A DNA stretch of 64,000 nucleotides from positions 96,001 through 160,000 of the forward strand of contig CBDFJQ010000002.1 of NCBI GenBank assembly GCA_965248575.1, read 5' to 3'. The notes under the pieces are model-generated. The model had not been told where the DNA came from. It searched no databases and saw only the letters and a list, made by a program, of their open reading frames with translations. Position 1 is the stretch's first letter, and the number at the start of each line of letters is the position of its first letter. Below, one piece after another: positions 47,811 to 58,037 of this stretch. The position numbers and the translations under genes were made by a program. This DNA comes from Planctomycetota bacterium. GTDB taxonomy: Bacteria > Planctomycetota > B15-G4.

Positions 47811-48578
47811 TTAGAGCGCCATGATGTGGTAGCCGCAATCCACCCAGAGAGTTGTCCCTGTGATACCGCGCGAAAGATCGGAAGCCAGGAAGACCGTGGC
47901 GTCGCCCACCTCTTCGGGGCTGGTGTTGCGACGCAGGGGGGCCTTCTCCTTGGCGATGTCGAGGAACTGGCTGAAGCCGGCCACCCCGCTTGCCGCCAAG
48001 GTCCGGATGGGGCCGGCGGAGACGGCGTTGACGCGGATGCCGTTGGGGCCGAGATCAGCAGCGAGGTAGCGCACGCTGGCTTCCAGCGCGGCCTTGGCGG
48101 GGCCCATCACGTTGTAGTGGGGCATGACCTTCTCGCTGCCGAAGTAGGTCATGGTCACCAGGCTGCCGCCGTTGGGCATGAGCTTGTCGAGTTGACGCGC
48201 CACGGAGGTGAAGGAGTAGGCGCTGATGTCGAGCGCCGTGGTCCAGCCGGCGCGCGTGGTGTCCGCGAAGCGGCCGTCGAGCTCTTCGCGTGGTGCGAAG
48301 GCGATGGAATGCACGCCGAAGTCGACCTCGGGCATGTGCTCTTCGATTTGGGCGAAGGCCTCCACGATGCCCTCTTCCGTGCCGACATCGCACTTGAGAG
48401 CGATGGCCTCGCTGGGCAGCGACTCCGCCAGCTTGTGGGCCGCAGCCTCCACGCGCTCATTCTGATAGGTGAGAATCAGGCGCGCACCCTGGGCGGAGGC
48501 GGAGCGGGCGCAGGCAGCGGCGATGCTGCGCTTGTTAGCGACGCCGAACACGATGCCCGACTTGTCCTTCAACAACAT
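47811..48578 (-). CDS. fabI: Enoyl-ACP reductase FabI
   Basis: GVANKRSIA, HSIAFAP, YNVMGPAKAALE, AGPIRTLA. Confidence 0.95.
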   Translation of the reverse strand: MLLKDKSGIVFGVANKRSIAAACARSASAQGARLILTYQNERVEAAAHKLAESLPSEAIALKCDVGTEEGIVEAFAQIEEHMPEVDFGVHSIAFAPREELDGRFADTTRAGWTTALDISAYSFTSVARQLDKLMPNGGSLVTMTYFGSEKVMPHYNVMGPAKAALEASVRYLAADLGPNGIRVNAVSAGPIRTLAASGVAGFSQFLDIAKEKAPLRRNTSPEEVGDATVFLASDLSRGITGTTLWVDCGYHIMAL

Positions 48579-48627
48579 GGGCGATGCCCTCCGAGGTGCG
48601 GCCATTCTGGACCGCGGAGATCGGATT

Positions 48628-49401
48628 TCAAATGCCGTGTTTGAGGACTTCCGCTGAGTCGAGGGCTGAAGGGGGTCGTGGGCTCCAGGGGAGACCGCGA
48701 TCGAGGCTCAGTCCGGAGCGGTCCAAGCGGGCGCGCCAGGGCAGTATTTCCACGCCTGCGGCGGCCGCCTGATCCAGCGCCCTGGCCCAGGTGGGGTCGA
48801 CTTCTGGCGCGGCATCGAACAGGTCGCAGTCGGGCCGGGCAACCAACGGAATCAGCACGGCCCGGTTTCCGAGGCCAACCTCCCGCTCCAGCTCGGCCAG
48901 GTGCTTGGCGCCCCGGGCGCTCACGGCATCAGGGAAGACGGCGTGCTTGCCTACGCGCATCGTCACGTTCTTGACCTCAACATAGCAGTCGGGGAGCAGG
49001 CCGGCCGGGTCGCTCAGCAGGACATCGATCCTGCTGCGCCCGTCGGCGCCATAGCGCACTTCCGTGGCAACGTGAGTGTAGGCGGAGAGCTCCGGGATGC
49101 TCCCTCGCCGGAGCGCGGTGGCCATGAGCTTGTTGGGGGCGAGAGTGTCGACGCTGACCCAGGAGCGGCCGACCCTGATGCCGTGCAGGGTGTAGGCCAG
49201 CTTGCGCTTGGGGTTGTCGTTGTGGGACACGAGCACCTTGGAGCCGGGTTCGCAGCAGCCCGTCATGCGCCCAGTGTTCGTGCAATGGGCCGTCGTGCGG
49301 CGCCCGTCCTCGAACTCGATGTCCGCCAGGAAGCGCTTGTAGCGTTTCAGCAGGACGGCTTCCTGGAGCGGCGGGTTGAAGGGCAGGCGTGCAGCGGGCA
49401 T
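48628..49401 (-). CDS. sfsA: DNA/RNA nuclease SfsA
   Basis: RYKRFLAD, HCTNTGRM, SRID, VEVK, FPDAVSARGAKHL. Confidence 0.92.
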   Translation of the reverse strand: MPAARLPFNPPLQEAVLLKRYKRFLADIEFEDGRRTTAHCTNTGRMTGCCEPGSKVLVSHNDNPKRKLAYTLHGIRVGRSWVSVDTLAPNKLMATALRRGSIPELSAYTHVATEVRYGADGRSRIDVLLSDPAGLLPDCYVEVKNVTMRVGKHAVFPDAVSARGAKHLAELEREVGLGNRAVLIPLVARPDCDLFDAAPEVDPTWARALDQAAAAGVEILPWRARLDRSGLSLDRGLPWSPRPPSALDSAEVLKHGI

Positions 49402-49410
49402 GGGCCGTCT

Positions 49411-50388
49411 TCAGCCTTCGCTCGGGCCGAGCACTTCCAGCAGCACCTCGCCCGCGAGCACCTTCGAACCCGGGTCCCAGGAGGCGCGCTTCAAGTACCC
49501 CAACGCAAAGGTGGTGTCGGCGGTCGGGTCATAGGCCACAGAGGTGAGCTTGCCCGCCGTCTTGCCGTCCTGGGTCATGAGCGCCGCGCCAGCTTGTCGA
49601 GCATCCCCCCCGGTCTGATCGCCCGCTACGCTCAGGTGCGAGAGGCGTCGCGCCACCTGGCCCAGGTTGAGGATGCGTGCCAGCACCTCCTGGCCCGGGT
49701 AGCAACCCTTGTGGATGGACACTTTCGCGTCGAGGTTGGCTTCCAGGGGAATGATGTCGCCCGACAAGTCCTCCGCGAACCACGGCACGCCGGCCGCCAC
49801 GCGCAGCGCGTTCAGCTGGCCTGGTTCCACGCGCACGGCGCCAGCCTCGAAGAAACGCTCGATGATGTCGCGACCGAGGTCCCCGTCGAAGAAAAGGTCG
49901 AAGCCTGGGCCGCTCACGAGCATCGTGGGTAGGACGTAGAAGGTCGAGCCGTCATGGGACAGGTGCTGGGCGGCGGGGGCCTCGAAACCGCACGTCTTGA
50001 GCACAAACGGCGCAGCTGCCCCGATCAGCGACGCACTGCGTAGCCCCGCGGACAGGTCTTCAAAGTGCACGTCTTCGGTGATGACGTACATGTCCAGCAG
50101 CGTCAACAATTTGGCCCGGTGGCTCAGCGGCAGGTCCAGCAGAAGTCCCTGAGCGGGAGGTCCCGGGGCGAGGACTCGCAGATCCGTGCGCATGCGGCCC
50201 TTTCCGTCCATGAGCGTGGCGTGTACGCACTGCCCCTGCTCGATGTCCGCGACGGGCAGGCTTAGGAGGCGGTCGAGCCAGGGCAGGAGATCCTTGCCGT
50301 GGGCGCGCACCAGGAAGCGGGCGTCGGGGCTGCAGAAGGCCGCTCCCTCGCGCAGTGCAGTCAGTTGCTCTGAAGTCGTGGCGGCCAT
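49411..50388 (-). CDS. ygfZ: Folate-binding YgfZ/GcvT-family protein
   Basis: KGCYPGQE signature. Confidence 0.85.
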   Translation of the reverse strand: MAATTSEQLTALREGAAFCSPDARFLVRAHGKDLLPWLDRLLSLPVADIEQGQCVHATLMDGKGRMRTDLRVLAPGPPAQGLLLDLPLSHRAKLLTLLDMYVITEDVHFEDLSAGLRSASLIGAAAPFVLKTCGFEAPAAQHLSHDGSTFYVLPTMLVSGPGFDLFFDGDLGRDIIERFFEAGAVRVEPGQLNALRVAAGVPWFAEDLSGDIIPLEANLDAKVSIHKGCYPGQEVLARILNLGQVARRLSHLSVAGDQTGGDARQAGAALMTQDGKTAGKLTSVAYDPTADTTFALGYLKRASWDPGSKVLAGEVLLEVLGPSEG

Positions 50389-50389
50389 G

Positions 50390-51568
50390 TCACGAGGCGT
50401 CCAGTGAAGAGGAAGGCGAGCTTGGAAAGAAGTCCGGAAGTGCGGCGGCCAGGATACGACGCGTCGCTGTGGTGAACGGCTGTTCGCTGGTGGATGGGGC
50501 CCAGGCGAGGGGCTGTTGCACTCGCCCGGAGCTGAGCGTGACCCGGAACGGGTACACCCGGATGCGATAGCGCGTGATGCTGTGCCGGTGCACGGGGAGC
50601 GCTTCACCCACACGGGCCCGCAAACCATGGGCATCGGAGAGGTAGACGCCCAGGCGCGGGCCCATGCTCGCCGGTTCCCGCGGCGCGCCCTGCTCGTCGA
50701 TGTCTCCGGCCCTCCAGGCCAGGCAGGGCAGCTCGAGGAAGCCCGCGTTCGGTGACTGCTCGCGCTGCTGCACCAGGATCTTGCCGCGCTGGCTGATCAG
50801 CGCGACGGCGTGCACCAAGGGGGTCGGCTTGGGGCGGGGCGGGAGCGCCGGAAAGCGCTCCTGCGTACCCAGGGCATGGGCCCGGCATGTGCTGCGCAGG
50901 GGGCAGCGCTCACAGTCCGGTGTGCGCGGCTTGCAGATCGTGGCACCCAGATCCATGACGGCCTGGTTGAAGTCCCCGGGTCGCCGACTGTCCAGCAGCG
51001 CCTGGGCGGCGCGGCGCACGGCCCGTTTTCCAACAGCCTTGCGCGGGTCGCCTTCCAGCGCAGCCAGGCGGCTGACGACGCGCTCCACGTTGCCGTCCAC
51101 CGCCGCCACGGGTTCGTCCCAGGCGATGGATGCCACGGCCGCCGCGGTGTACTCACCGATCCCGGGCAGCTTGCGCAGGTCTGCGGCGCTTGAGGGACTC
51201 TCGTGCTCGAGCTGCTGCGCCGCGTCCATGAGCCGGTGGGCACGGCTGTAGTAGCCCAGCCCCGCCCAGGCGGAGAGCAGCTCGTCGCGGGAGGCGCCGG
51301 CGAGCGCCGCTGGGTTGGGCCAGCGAGTGAGGAAGCGCTCCCAATAGGGCGTCACGGCTGCCACGGTGGTTTGTTGCAGCATGATCTCGCTCACCAGGAT
51401 CGCCCAAGGATCCCGGGAGCCACGCCAGGGCAGGTCGCGCCGGTGCGCATCGAACCAGCGCAACAAGGCTGCGCGTGTGCGCTTCGGATCGCTGAGTCCG
51501 ATGGCGGCTGCTTCGGCGGACTTCCGAGCACCTGCCCGAGCAGGCTCGCCGTTGGAGGAAGGGGGCAT
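50390..51568 (-). CDS. mutY: A/G-specific adenine glycosylase
   Basis: RDLPWR, SEIMLQQT, GLGYYSRA, LPGIGEYTA, VDGNV; Fe-S motif C-x6-C-x2-C-x5-C. Confidence 0.93.
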   Translation of the reverse strand: MPPSSNGEPARAGARKSAEAAAIGLSDPKRTRAALLRWFDAHRRDLPWRGSRDPWAILVSEIMLQQTTVAAVTPYWERFLTRWPNPAALAGASRDELLSAWAGLGYYSRAHRLMDAAQQLEHESPSSAADLRKLPGIGEYTAAAVASIAWDEPVAAVDGNVERVVSRLAALEGDPRKAVGKRAVRRAAQALLDSRRPGDFNQAVMDLGATICKPRTPDCERCPLRSTCRAHALGTQERFPALPPRPKPTPLVHAVALISQRGKILVQQREQSPNAGFLELPCLAWRAGDIDEQGAPREPASMGPRLGVYLSDAHGLRARVGEALPVHRHSITRYRIRVYPFRVTLSSGRVQQPLAWAPSTSEQPFTTATRRILAAALPDFFPSSPSSSLDAS

Positions 51569-51695
51569 GGGCGCAGGCTACCCCGGGGCTGTGTGGGGCT
51601 GCCAGCATCGGCGACTCGAGAGCCACCTGCGTGGGGTAGACTCCGCGCCCGTGCGCACGCTGACGGTGCGCCGGGTCATGCTTCTGGAGGTACAG

Positions 51696-52235
51696 ATGGA
51701 CATCGTTCTGTGGGTCATTGCGGTGCTCGCGCTGCTCATGGCGTGGGGGACCCGGAAGAAGGTCGCAGAGATGGACTCGCGGGTCATGGAGTCCAAGCGC
51801 ATCGCCACCACGGTGCGCGATGAGGTGCTGGAACTCAGCGAGGCCGTGGCCACTCTGCGCAAGCTCCTGGCTGGCATGGCTGCGGGCAATGAAGTCGACG
51901 CCGCCATGGTGCGGGAGGGGCGGCTCTTCCGGGTGATCATGCCGGAGAACCTGCAGAAGAAGTTCACTGGGGGCGAGGCGCCTTATGTCATCGATGTGCG
52001 CACCGCCAACGAGTGGGCGGGCGGGCACATCCCGGGCGCGCAGCATCTTCCCATCGATGACCTCGAGAAGAGCCTGCACAACGTGAAGCGCGACGGGACG
52101 CCCATGCACCTCATCTGTGCCGGTGGGGGGCGCAGCGCTGCGGCGAGCAAGCTGCTGTCGGACCGCGGCTACCTCAACGTGTTCAATGTGGAAGGCGGCA
52201 TGAAGGCCTGGCGCGGCGACACGGTGAAGGACTGA
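51696..52235 (+). CDS. Membrane-anchored rhodanese-domain protein
   Basis: GGAGG before ATG; N-terminal TM and coiled coil; IDVR..EW..GHIPGA, CAGGGRS, GGMKAW. Confidence 0.85.
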   Translation: MDIVLWVIAVLALLMAWGTRKKVAEMDSRVMESKRIATTVRDEVLELSEAVATLRKLLAGMAAGNEVDAAMVREGRLFRVIMPENLQKKFTGGEAPYVIDVRTANEWAGGHIPGAQHLPIDDLEKSLHNVKRDGTPMHLICAGGGRSAAASKLLSDRGYLNVFNVEGGMKAWRGDTVKD

Positions 52236-52245
52236 GGCGCGTCGT

Positions 52246-53085
52246 TTGGAGGAGGGAACCGTGGATTCGAGAGCTGCGGCTGGTGTAGCAACCAGTCTCC
52301 GGGAACAGCTCCAGGCGTGTCTGCCCGAGCTGAGCTTCGCTGAGCAGGCCTCTGCAAGTCGCGCTGCCGAACCAGCTCACGACGATGCGGGGGCCTTGGA
52401 CCTGGCGCCCCTGATTGATCACAGCCTGCTGACGCCCACGGCAACCGACCAGGATGTCCGGGTCCTCTGCGAACAGGCCCTGTCGTACGGCTTTCATGCT
52501 GTGTGCGTGCACGCAGCGCGGCTTCGCGCGGCCGTGGATGCCTTGGAGGCCGTTGGGTCGGTGGGAGTTGCCTGCGTGATTGACTTCCCCATGGGGGCAG
52601 GGTCAACGGAGTCGCGTCGCTGTGCGGCTTCCAGCGCCGTGGCCTTGGGAGCGACAGAGCTCGACCTGGTGGCGAGCGCCGGGGTTCTGGAAGCCGCGCT
52701 TCCGTCCGATCGGGTTGGGAGCTGGAATCCGACGCTGCTTCGGGCCTGGCTGGACGACGTGCGCACCATTCTCAAGGCTGCTCGGGAGCAAGGTCCCTGC
52801 CAGCTGAAGCTGATTCTCGAAACGGATCGCCTGGGTGACACCCAGATCGTCGTGGGTGCCTTGCTGGCGGAGCAAGCGGGCGTGGACTTCGTGAAGACAA
52901 GCACCGGCTTCGGGAGCGGCGGTGCGACCACATGGTCCGTGCAGCTCCTGCGTGCGGCGGTCGCACCTCGATTGGGGATCAAGGCCTCGGGAGGGATCCG
53001 AAACCGATCCGATGCCCTCAACATGATCCGTGCTGGTGCCACCCGGCTCGGCACATCCCAGTCCCTGAAGCTGTTGGCCGACTGA
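52246..53085 (+). CDS. deoC: Deoxyribose-phosphate aldolase
   Basis: IDHSLL, FPMG, KLILET, VKTSTGF, IKASGGIR, RLGTS; start uncertain. Confidence 0.9.
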   Translation: MEEGTVDSRAAAGVATSLREQLQACLPELSFAEQASASRAAEPAHDDAGALDLAPLIDHSLLTPTATDQDVRVLCEQALSYGFHAVCVHAARLRAAVDALEAVGSVGVACVIDFPMGAGSTESRRCAASSAVALGATELDLVASAGVLEAALPSDRVGSWNPTLLRAWLDDVRTILKAAREQGPCQLKLILETDRLGDTQIVVGALLAEQAGVDFVKTSTGFGSGGATTWSVQLLRAAVAPRLGIKASGGIRNRSDALNMIRAGATRLGTSQSLKLLAD

Positions 53086-53101
53086 GCCGTGTGCTGGCCG
53101 G

Positions 53102-55042
53102 CTACGGAATCGGCGTCGCCAGCAACTGCGAGATGCTGCAGAAGGGGAAGACAGGATCCTCGTAGAGCTGGTAGTAGACCGTGAGGCCCGAGAGACCGAT
53201 GCCGGCGGGGACGGTGATGTTCACGTTCCACTGACCGTTGGCGTCGAGCTGCTTGATCTGCCAAGCCTGGAAGGGGTTGCCGAGCCAGAAGGGCCCGACA
53301 CCCGTGTCGAGGGGTTCCGGTAGGACGAACGCGCTGAAGAACAGCAGGGAGAGTCGCTGAGGGGTTCCGTGTGCCGTGAGCGTGAACGTCTGCCCCTCTC
53401 CCGTGGGGCCGTTGGCGTTGAGCATGTTGCAGGCGCCCTGGACGACATGCACTTCGCCCGTGTTGCTGTTCGCGAATCGTGAGCCCACGGCCCAGTCCTC
53501 AAAGCCGTCGTCGTTGAAGTCACCCACGAAGGCCAAGGAGTCGCCGGCGCGCTGGTTGGCTGCCTGTCCGTTGAGCTGCACTCCCCGGAAGCTCAGGGAT
53601 TCCAGGCCGACGCTGGACGGCAACGACTGGTTGCCGTGTAGCAGGTAGACCTCTCCCGACGCGGATCCGTTGGGGTCGGCCTGACGTGCGCTCACCAGGA
53701 CGTCGGCGAAGCCATCGCCGTTCATGTCGCCGGGGGTCTTGCGGCCCGGGCCACCTTCGGCGGCGCCGCCCGTTGCCACGCCGGTTGCGCCACCCATCGC
53801 GACCTGGAAGCCCGCTTCATCCTGGTTGTCGATACCGGTGAGGGTGACACCCGCTGTGCCCAGTGCGCTGGTGTCGAGGGATGCAGGTGGGGATGCGCTG
53901 CCGTAGACGATGAATGCGCGGCCCTCGTTGTTGGCCGTGTCGTCGTATTGATGGCTGCCGAGGATGATGTCGTCGAAGCCATCGCCATTGATGTCGCCGC
54001 CACCGGAGACCGAGACGCCCAGGGCGTCGCCGGGTTGGTCACCCTGGAGCGTGAGTCCTGCGGCTCCGAGGCTGCCGAGGTCGATGCTGGAGGGCAGGCT
54101 CGCAGCGCCGTACACGACATAGGCGATGCCCGAGTCGGCGCTGTTGCCGTCAGCGTCGAGGGCGCCGATGAGCAGGTCGCGAAAGCCATCCCCATTGAAG
54201 TGCCCTGCAGCGGCGACGGCGTGGCCCGCATGATCTGTCGCGGCGCCGCCGTTGATGGTGACGCCCTCGCTGGCACCGAGGCTGGCGAGGTCGACGCTGT
54301 CGGCAAAGCTCGTGGAACCGTAGACGAGCACGGCCTGACCAGCCTGGATCTTGCCGCCTGGGTTGACGCCGCTGCCGCCGATGAGGATGTCCGGCACGCT
54401 GTCACCGTTGACGTCGCCCACCCCGGCGACCGACGTTCCCATGAGGTCTCCGGACGTTGCGCCTTCGAAGACGACGCCCGCGCCAAGCGCGAGGCTGCCG
54501 AGGCTCAGGCTCGCGGGAAGACCCGCTCCGCCGTAGACGAGATACACCCGGCCGGAGTCGGCATTGGGTCCGTTGACGTCGTAGCCATCCGCGCCGATCA
54601 GGAAGTCGTCGAAGCCGTCGCCGTTCACGTCGCCCGCTGCGCCCAGAGAGGACCCTGTGCGGGACCCGTTCTGGACCCCCGTGAGCAGCACGTCTGCCGC
54701 GGCGAGGTTCAGGGAGGAGGGGGGGCTCCAGGCGCTGCCGTAGATCAGGTAGACGCTGCCGGGGGGAGCGAACAGCCCAGTGGTCCAAGCGGAGACCAGC
54801 AAGTCGTCGATGCCATCGCCATTCACATCACCGGCTCCAGCCACGGAGCGCCCGGCGAAGTCTCCAGCGGACACTCCGCTCAGCTGGGTCCCAGCTGTCC
54901 GCAGCGAGCTCAGTTCGATCTCACGATTCTGGGCCTGGGCCGGTGTCACGAGTGAACAGGTGAACGCCAGGGTCAGGAGGAATCGGGCGGACCGCGAACC
55001 GCTTGGGGCGGTGCGGGAGTCGGGGGTTGATGGGGACGTCAT
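53102..55042 (-). CDS. Secreted FG-GAP/integrin-alpha beta-propeller protein with an extra C-terminal domain
   Basis: Signal ending AQA; seven GD[VIFM]NGDG..D-type repeats (some degenerate). Confidence 0.88.
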   Translation of the reverse strand: MTSPSTPDSRTAPSGSRSARFLLTLAFTCSLVTPAQAQNREIELSSLRTAGTQLSGVSAGDFAGRSVAGAGDVNGDGIDDLLVSAWTTGLFAPPGSVYLIYGSAWSPPSSLNLAAADVLLTGVQNGSRTGSSLGAAGDVNGDGFDDFLIGADGYDVNGPNADSGRVYLVYGGAGLPASLSLGSLALGAGVVFEGATSGDLMGTSVAGVGDVNGDSVPDILIGGSGVNPGGKIQAGQAVLVYGSTSFADSVDLASLGASEGVTINGGAATDHAGHAVAAAGHFNGDGFRDLLIGALDADGNSADSGIAYVVYGAASLPSSIDLGSLGAAGLTLQGDQPGDALGVSVSGGGDINGDGFDDIILGSHQYDDTANNEGRAFIVYGSASPPASLDTSALGTAGVTLTGIDNQDEAGFQVAMGGATGVATGGAAEGGPGRKTPGDMNGDGFADVLVSARQADPNGSASGEVYLLHGNQSLPSSVGLESLSFRGVQLNGQAANQRAGDSLAFVGDFNDDGFEDWAVGSRFANSNTGEVHVVQGACNMLNANGPTGEGQTFTLTAHGTPQRLSLLFFSAFVLPEPLDTGVGPFWLGNPFQAWQIKQLDANGQWNVNITVPAGIGLSGLTVYYQLYEDPVFPFCSISQLLATPIP

Positions 55043-55339
55043 GGGGGCACTGCCACGGAACGAGGAGCGGGTGGTCAGCTGGGACCGGGCGTTGAAGACG
55101 TCCTCGATGGGACGTCTTGTCACCAGGTTCTCAACAGCTGTGGAGAGGCGACTGCGGCGACAGCGCAGATCGCGAGCGATCGGCGCCTCTCGGTGTTCTG
55201 GGTTCAGATCTCGGGGAGCCAGGCCCTTCCAGCGGTCGGCCTATGGAGGCGCTCATCGGCTCTCCCATACACATGAGTCAACATCTATATATGTGTTTCT
55301 CTGGGAGGCCCGTGGGCCGGCGTGTTAACACGTCGCGCG

Positions 55340-56113
55340 ATGGCTTCGATTCAGCTCAAATCACCTGCAGGGGTGCTGGTTGGCCTTTATGACGCTCCCC
55401 AGCTGGGCGTCGCTGCCAGCTCCGCCGGGTCTTCCGGAAACGGGGAGCTTGGGAGTCCTGGTGACGGCCCGCTGACGGCCGCCGTGGTCTGCCACCCTCA
55501 TCCGCTCCAAGGTGGGACCATGGACAACAAGGTGGCCTTCACCCTGGCCCGGACCTTGCGCGAGCGCGGTCTGCACGTGGTCCGCTTCAATTTTCGTGGG
55601 GCAGGGGGCAGCCAGGGAACCCATGACGAGGGCCGGGGGGAACAGGAGGACGCCCGTGCGGCCCTGAACCTCGCAGTCCGCATGGCTGAAGGTGGGGTCC
55701 TGGAAGCGGGGGATCGCAGGGATTCCGGCCTGCCGCCCGTGGTGAGCAGTGAGATCGCCCGCCCGGCCCCGAAGGGCAGCGTGCTCCTGGCGGGGTTCTC
55801 CTTCGGTTCGTACGTCGCGCTCAGCGCCGGGCTGGAGGATGAGCGGGTGGGGGCCCTGCTGGCTGTGGCGCCCCCCGTCAATCACTACCCCTATCCTGAA
55901 ACCGGGGACTTCGACGTGCCACTCGGCGTGGTCTGGGCCGGGGCGGACGAACTGGTGCCGGCGGCACGGGTGGAGGCCTGGGTGAGGGACTGTCCCGGGG
56001 CCGATGTCCATGCCCGCTGCGTGGACGACGCCACGCACTTGTTCCACGCGCGGCTGGCTCCCCTGCGCGAGGGAGTCGAGAGCTTTCTGGACCATGTGAC
56101 AGGCGCTCCCTGA
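55340..56113 (+). CDS. Alpha/beta-fold hydrolase
   Basis: HPHPLQGGTMDNKV, RFNFRG, GFSFG, DELV, HLF. Confidence 0.88.
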   Translation: MASIQLKSPAGVLVGLYDAPQLGVAASSAGSSGNGELGSPGDGPLTAAVVCHPHPLQGGTMDNKVAFTLARTLRERGLHVVRFNFRGAGGSQGTHDEGRGEQEDARAALNLAVRMAEGGVLEAGDRRDSGLPPVVSSEIARPAPKGSVLLAGFSFGSYVALSAGLEDERVGALLAVAPPVNHYPYPETGDFDVPLGVVWAGADELVPAARVEAWVRDCPGADVHARCVDDATHLFHARLAPLREGVESFLDHVTGAP

Positions 56114-56137
56114 GCGTCTGCTGGGTACACTCGATCC

Positions 56138-56653
56138 ATGCTTCTAGACCGCTGGCGCGCCCGAAGGGCCATCCTCTCCCGTACGCCTCCATCGTCCGTT
56201 GAGGAACCGGCAGGTCCGGCCCTTCGACCCATCGTGGAAGACCTTCGAGTCAGACTGTGCGCGCTGAATTCCCTGGGTGACCCCTCTTGGCACTTTCGAT
56301 GGGAGGGCGATCTCCAGCTGGTGGGCCTGGATGCCAGTTCGCGTTCGGTGAGCGATGTCCGTCAGCGATTGCTGCGCGTGATCCATGAGTTGGACCTGCG
56401 CCATCTGCCACGTCGCGCGCGGCGTCTCGTGGCGGTGATCGTCTGTGCCCCGGATGCCACCGAAGGCCTCCAGGGTTGGCATGCCCGGCTACAAGAGGAC
56501 AAGGGAGAAGTGGGCGAGAAGGATTGGCGCGCCGCGCGAGGGCGGGTCACCGTCTTGGCCTTGGACCCAAGTGGCCAGCACATGCTCTTTGGGGGCGATG
56601 AAGCCATTGCCCAGGCTGTGCAGGAGTGGGATCAGGCCAGCCGCCCGAGCTGA
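56138..56653 (+). CDS. Hypothetical protein
   Basis: 171-aa ORF filling the gap, co-oriented with its neighbours; no recognisable motif. Confidence 0.45.
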   Translation: MLLDRWRARRAILSRTPPSSVEEPAGPALRPIVEDLRVRLCALNSLGDPSWHFRWEGDLQLVGLDASSRSVSDVRQRLLRVIHELDLRHLPRRARRLVAVIVCAPDATEGLQGWHARLQEDKGEVGEKDWRAARGRVTVLALDPSGQHMLFGGDEAIAQAVQEWDQASRPS

Positions 56654-56766
56654 GTGTTCACGGCGCAAAGAGCGCCTGCCTGCTCCACGGCTCGGGTTAG
56701 GATGGCCACATGCTGCGCGCGAGACCCCTCTGCTTGGGACCGTTCTCCCCGTTGAAGCCCCGCCGG

Positions 56767-57936
56767 ATGGCGTCGCTGCTGGCCATCCTTGCCCTGTCGC
56801 TGTCAGCGCGGGCGGCGTCGGATGGGGCAGAGGAAGCGACGCCAAGGCTCGACGCGAAACAACCTCGCCACGTGCGCGCGTTGTACCTGGACACGCTGGG
56901 TCGGACGCCGGATGCGGACGAACTGGATCTGGCCAGCATGGGCCGCCCGAACCTGCTCCTGCGCAGCCTCTGCAACAGCCGGGAGTTCTGGATGCAGTGG
57001 TACGAAGAGGAGCTCTACTACTTCCTGCTCGTGGACAACTTCAGGCCGGAAGACGTGGGCGACGGCATGGGCGACATGAGCAGCGCGAAGTCCGGCATGG
57101 ACGGCAGCATGCAAGCTGTGTCCGCTGCGGGTTCGACGAGTCTGCCGAGCCGCTTGAACGCTGGCGACCTGCACATCCTGGACGCCGTACGGACCCTCGC
57201 GTCGAGCGCAGCCTTCAACCGTGCGAATCCCGGGAACGACACCTTTGTCAGTGTCGTGTTCGAGCAACTGCTGGGGCTGACCGTGCAGTCGCAACCCGCT
57301 CTGCTGGAAGCGGGCAAGCGCATGTACGACGGCCAACGCGCGAGCCTGTGGGGCATGGAAGGCAGGAGCCAGGCAGACGTGGTGCGCATTGCATGTGCCC
57401 AGCCGGCCTTCGCCGAGGTGATCATTCGCCGCCAGTATCAGCGCTTCCTGGGGCACGAGCCGTCGCGAAAGCAGGTGCGAGCCTGGGCCGCCGAGCTGGT
57501 GAGCGACCCACACGCCTTCCCGGACATGGTTCGTGGCTGGCTCGAGTCGGAGCCGTACGCCCGTCGCTTGGAGTCGCTGAGGCTCAAGTCGGATCGGCAG
57601 TTCATCCGCGGGCTCTATGTGGACCTGACCGGCGCACCGCCCTCCTTGGAGAGCATGCAGCGGCACCGCACGGCTCTCGCTGCCGTGGCTGATTCCGGGC
57701 CCCTGCGTTCCGTGATCGCACGCGTGCTGCTGAGCACCTCGGGCTCCGGATATCGCGAGCGCCAGGACCCCGTCGATGCCCCGCCCCTGGTCCGGGACGT
57801 GTTCTTGCGTTTCCTGGGCCGTGAGCCGGGTCCTGAGGAGCTGGAAGCCTTCGCTTTGACCTACGAGCAATGTGACTGTGAGCCGGAGCTTCTGGTTCGT
57901 GCTGTCACCACGCACCAGGAGTACCAGTACTACTAG
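56767..57936 (+). CDS. Exported DUF1549/DUF1553-like helical protein without heme motifs
   Basis: Signal ending ARA; repeats RALYLDTLGRTP..DE, RFLGHEP, RGLYVDLTGAPP, RFLGREP..EE; ends EYQYY. Confidence 0.6.
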   Translation: MASLLAILALSLSARAASDGAEEATPRLDAKQPRHVRALYLDTLGRTPDADELDLASMGRPNLLLRSLCNSREFWMQWYEEELYYFLLVDNFRPEDVGDGMGDMSSAKSGMDGSMQAVSAAGSTSLPSRLNAGDLHILDAVRTLASSAAFNRANPGNDTFVSVVFEQLLGLTVQSQPALLEAGKRMYDGQRASLWGMEGRSQADVVRIACAQPAFAEVIIRRQYQRFLGHEPSRKQVRAWAAELVSDPHAFPDMVRGWLESEPYARRLESLRLKSDRQFIRGLYVDLTGAPPSLESMQRHRTALAAVADSGPLRSVIARVLLSTSGSGYRERQDPVDAPPLVRDVFLRFLGREPGPEELEAFALTYEQCDCEPELLVRAVTTHQEYQYY

Positions 57937-58037
57937 GATGTCAGGGGCCCTGCCGGACCGATCCAGCAGGCGCTACACTGCAGCACGGCCCTATCATTGA
58001 AGACACCAACGACGCGGAAGACCCGGAGAGACGAGCC

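Noticed and set aside
48628..49401. Nuclease as a defence or mobile-element gene
   Set aside because: Typical SfsA in a housekeeping run (mutY-ygfZ-sfsA-fabI).
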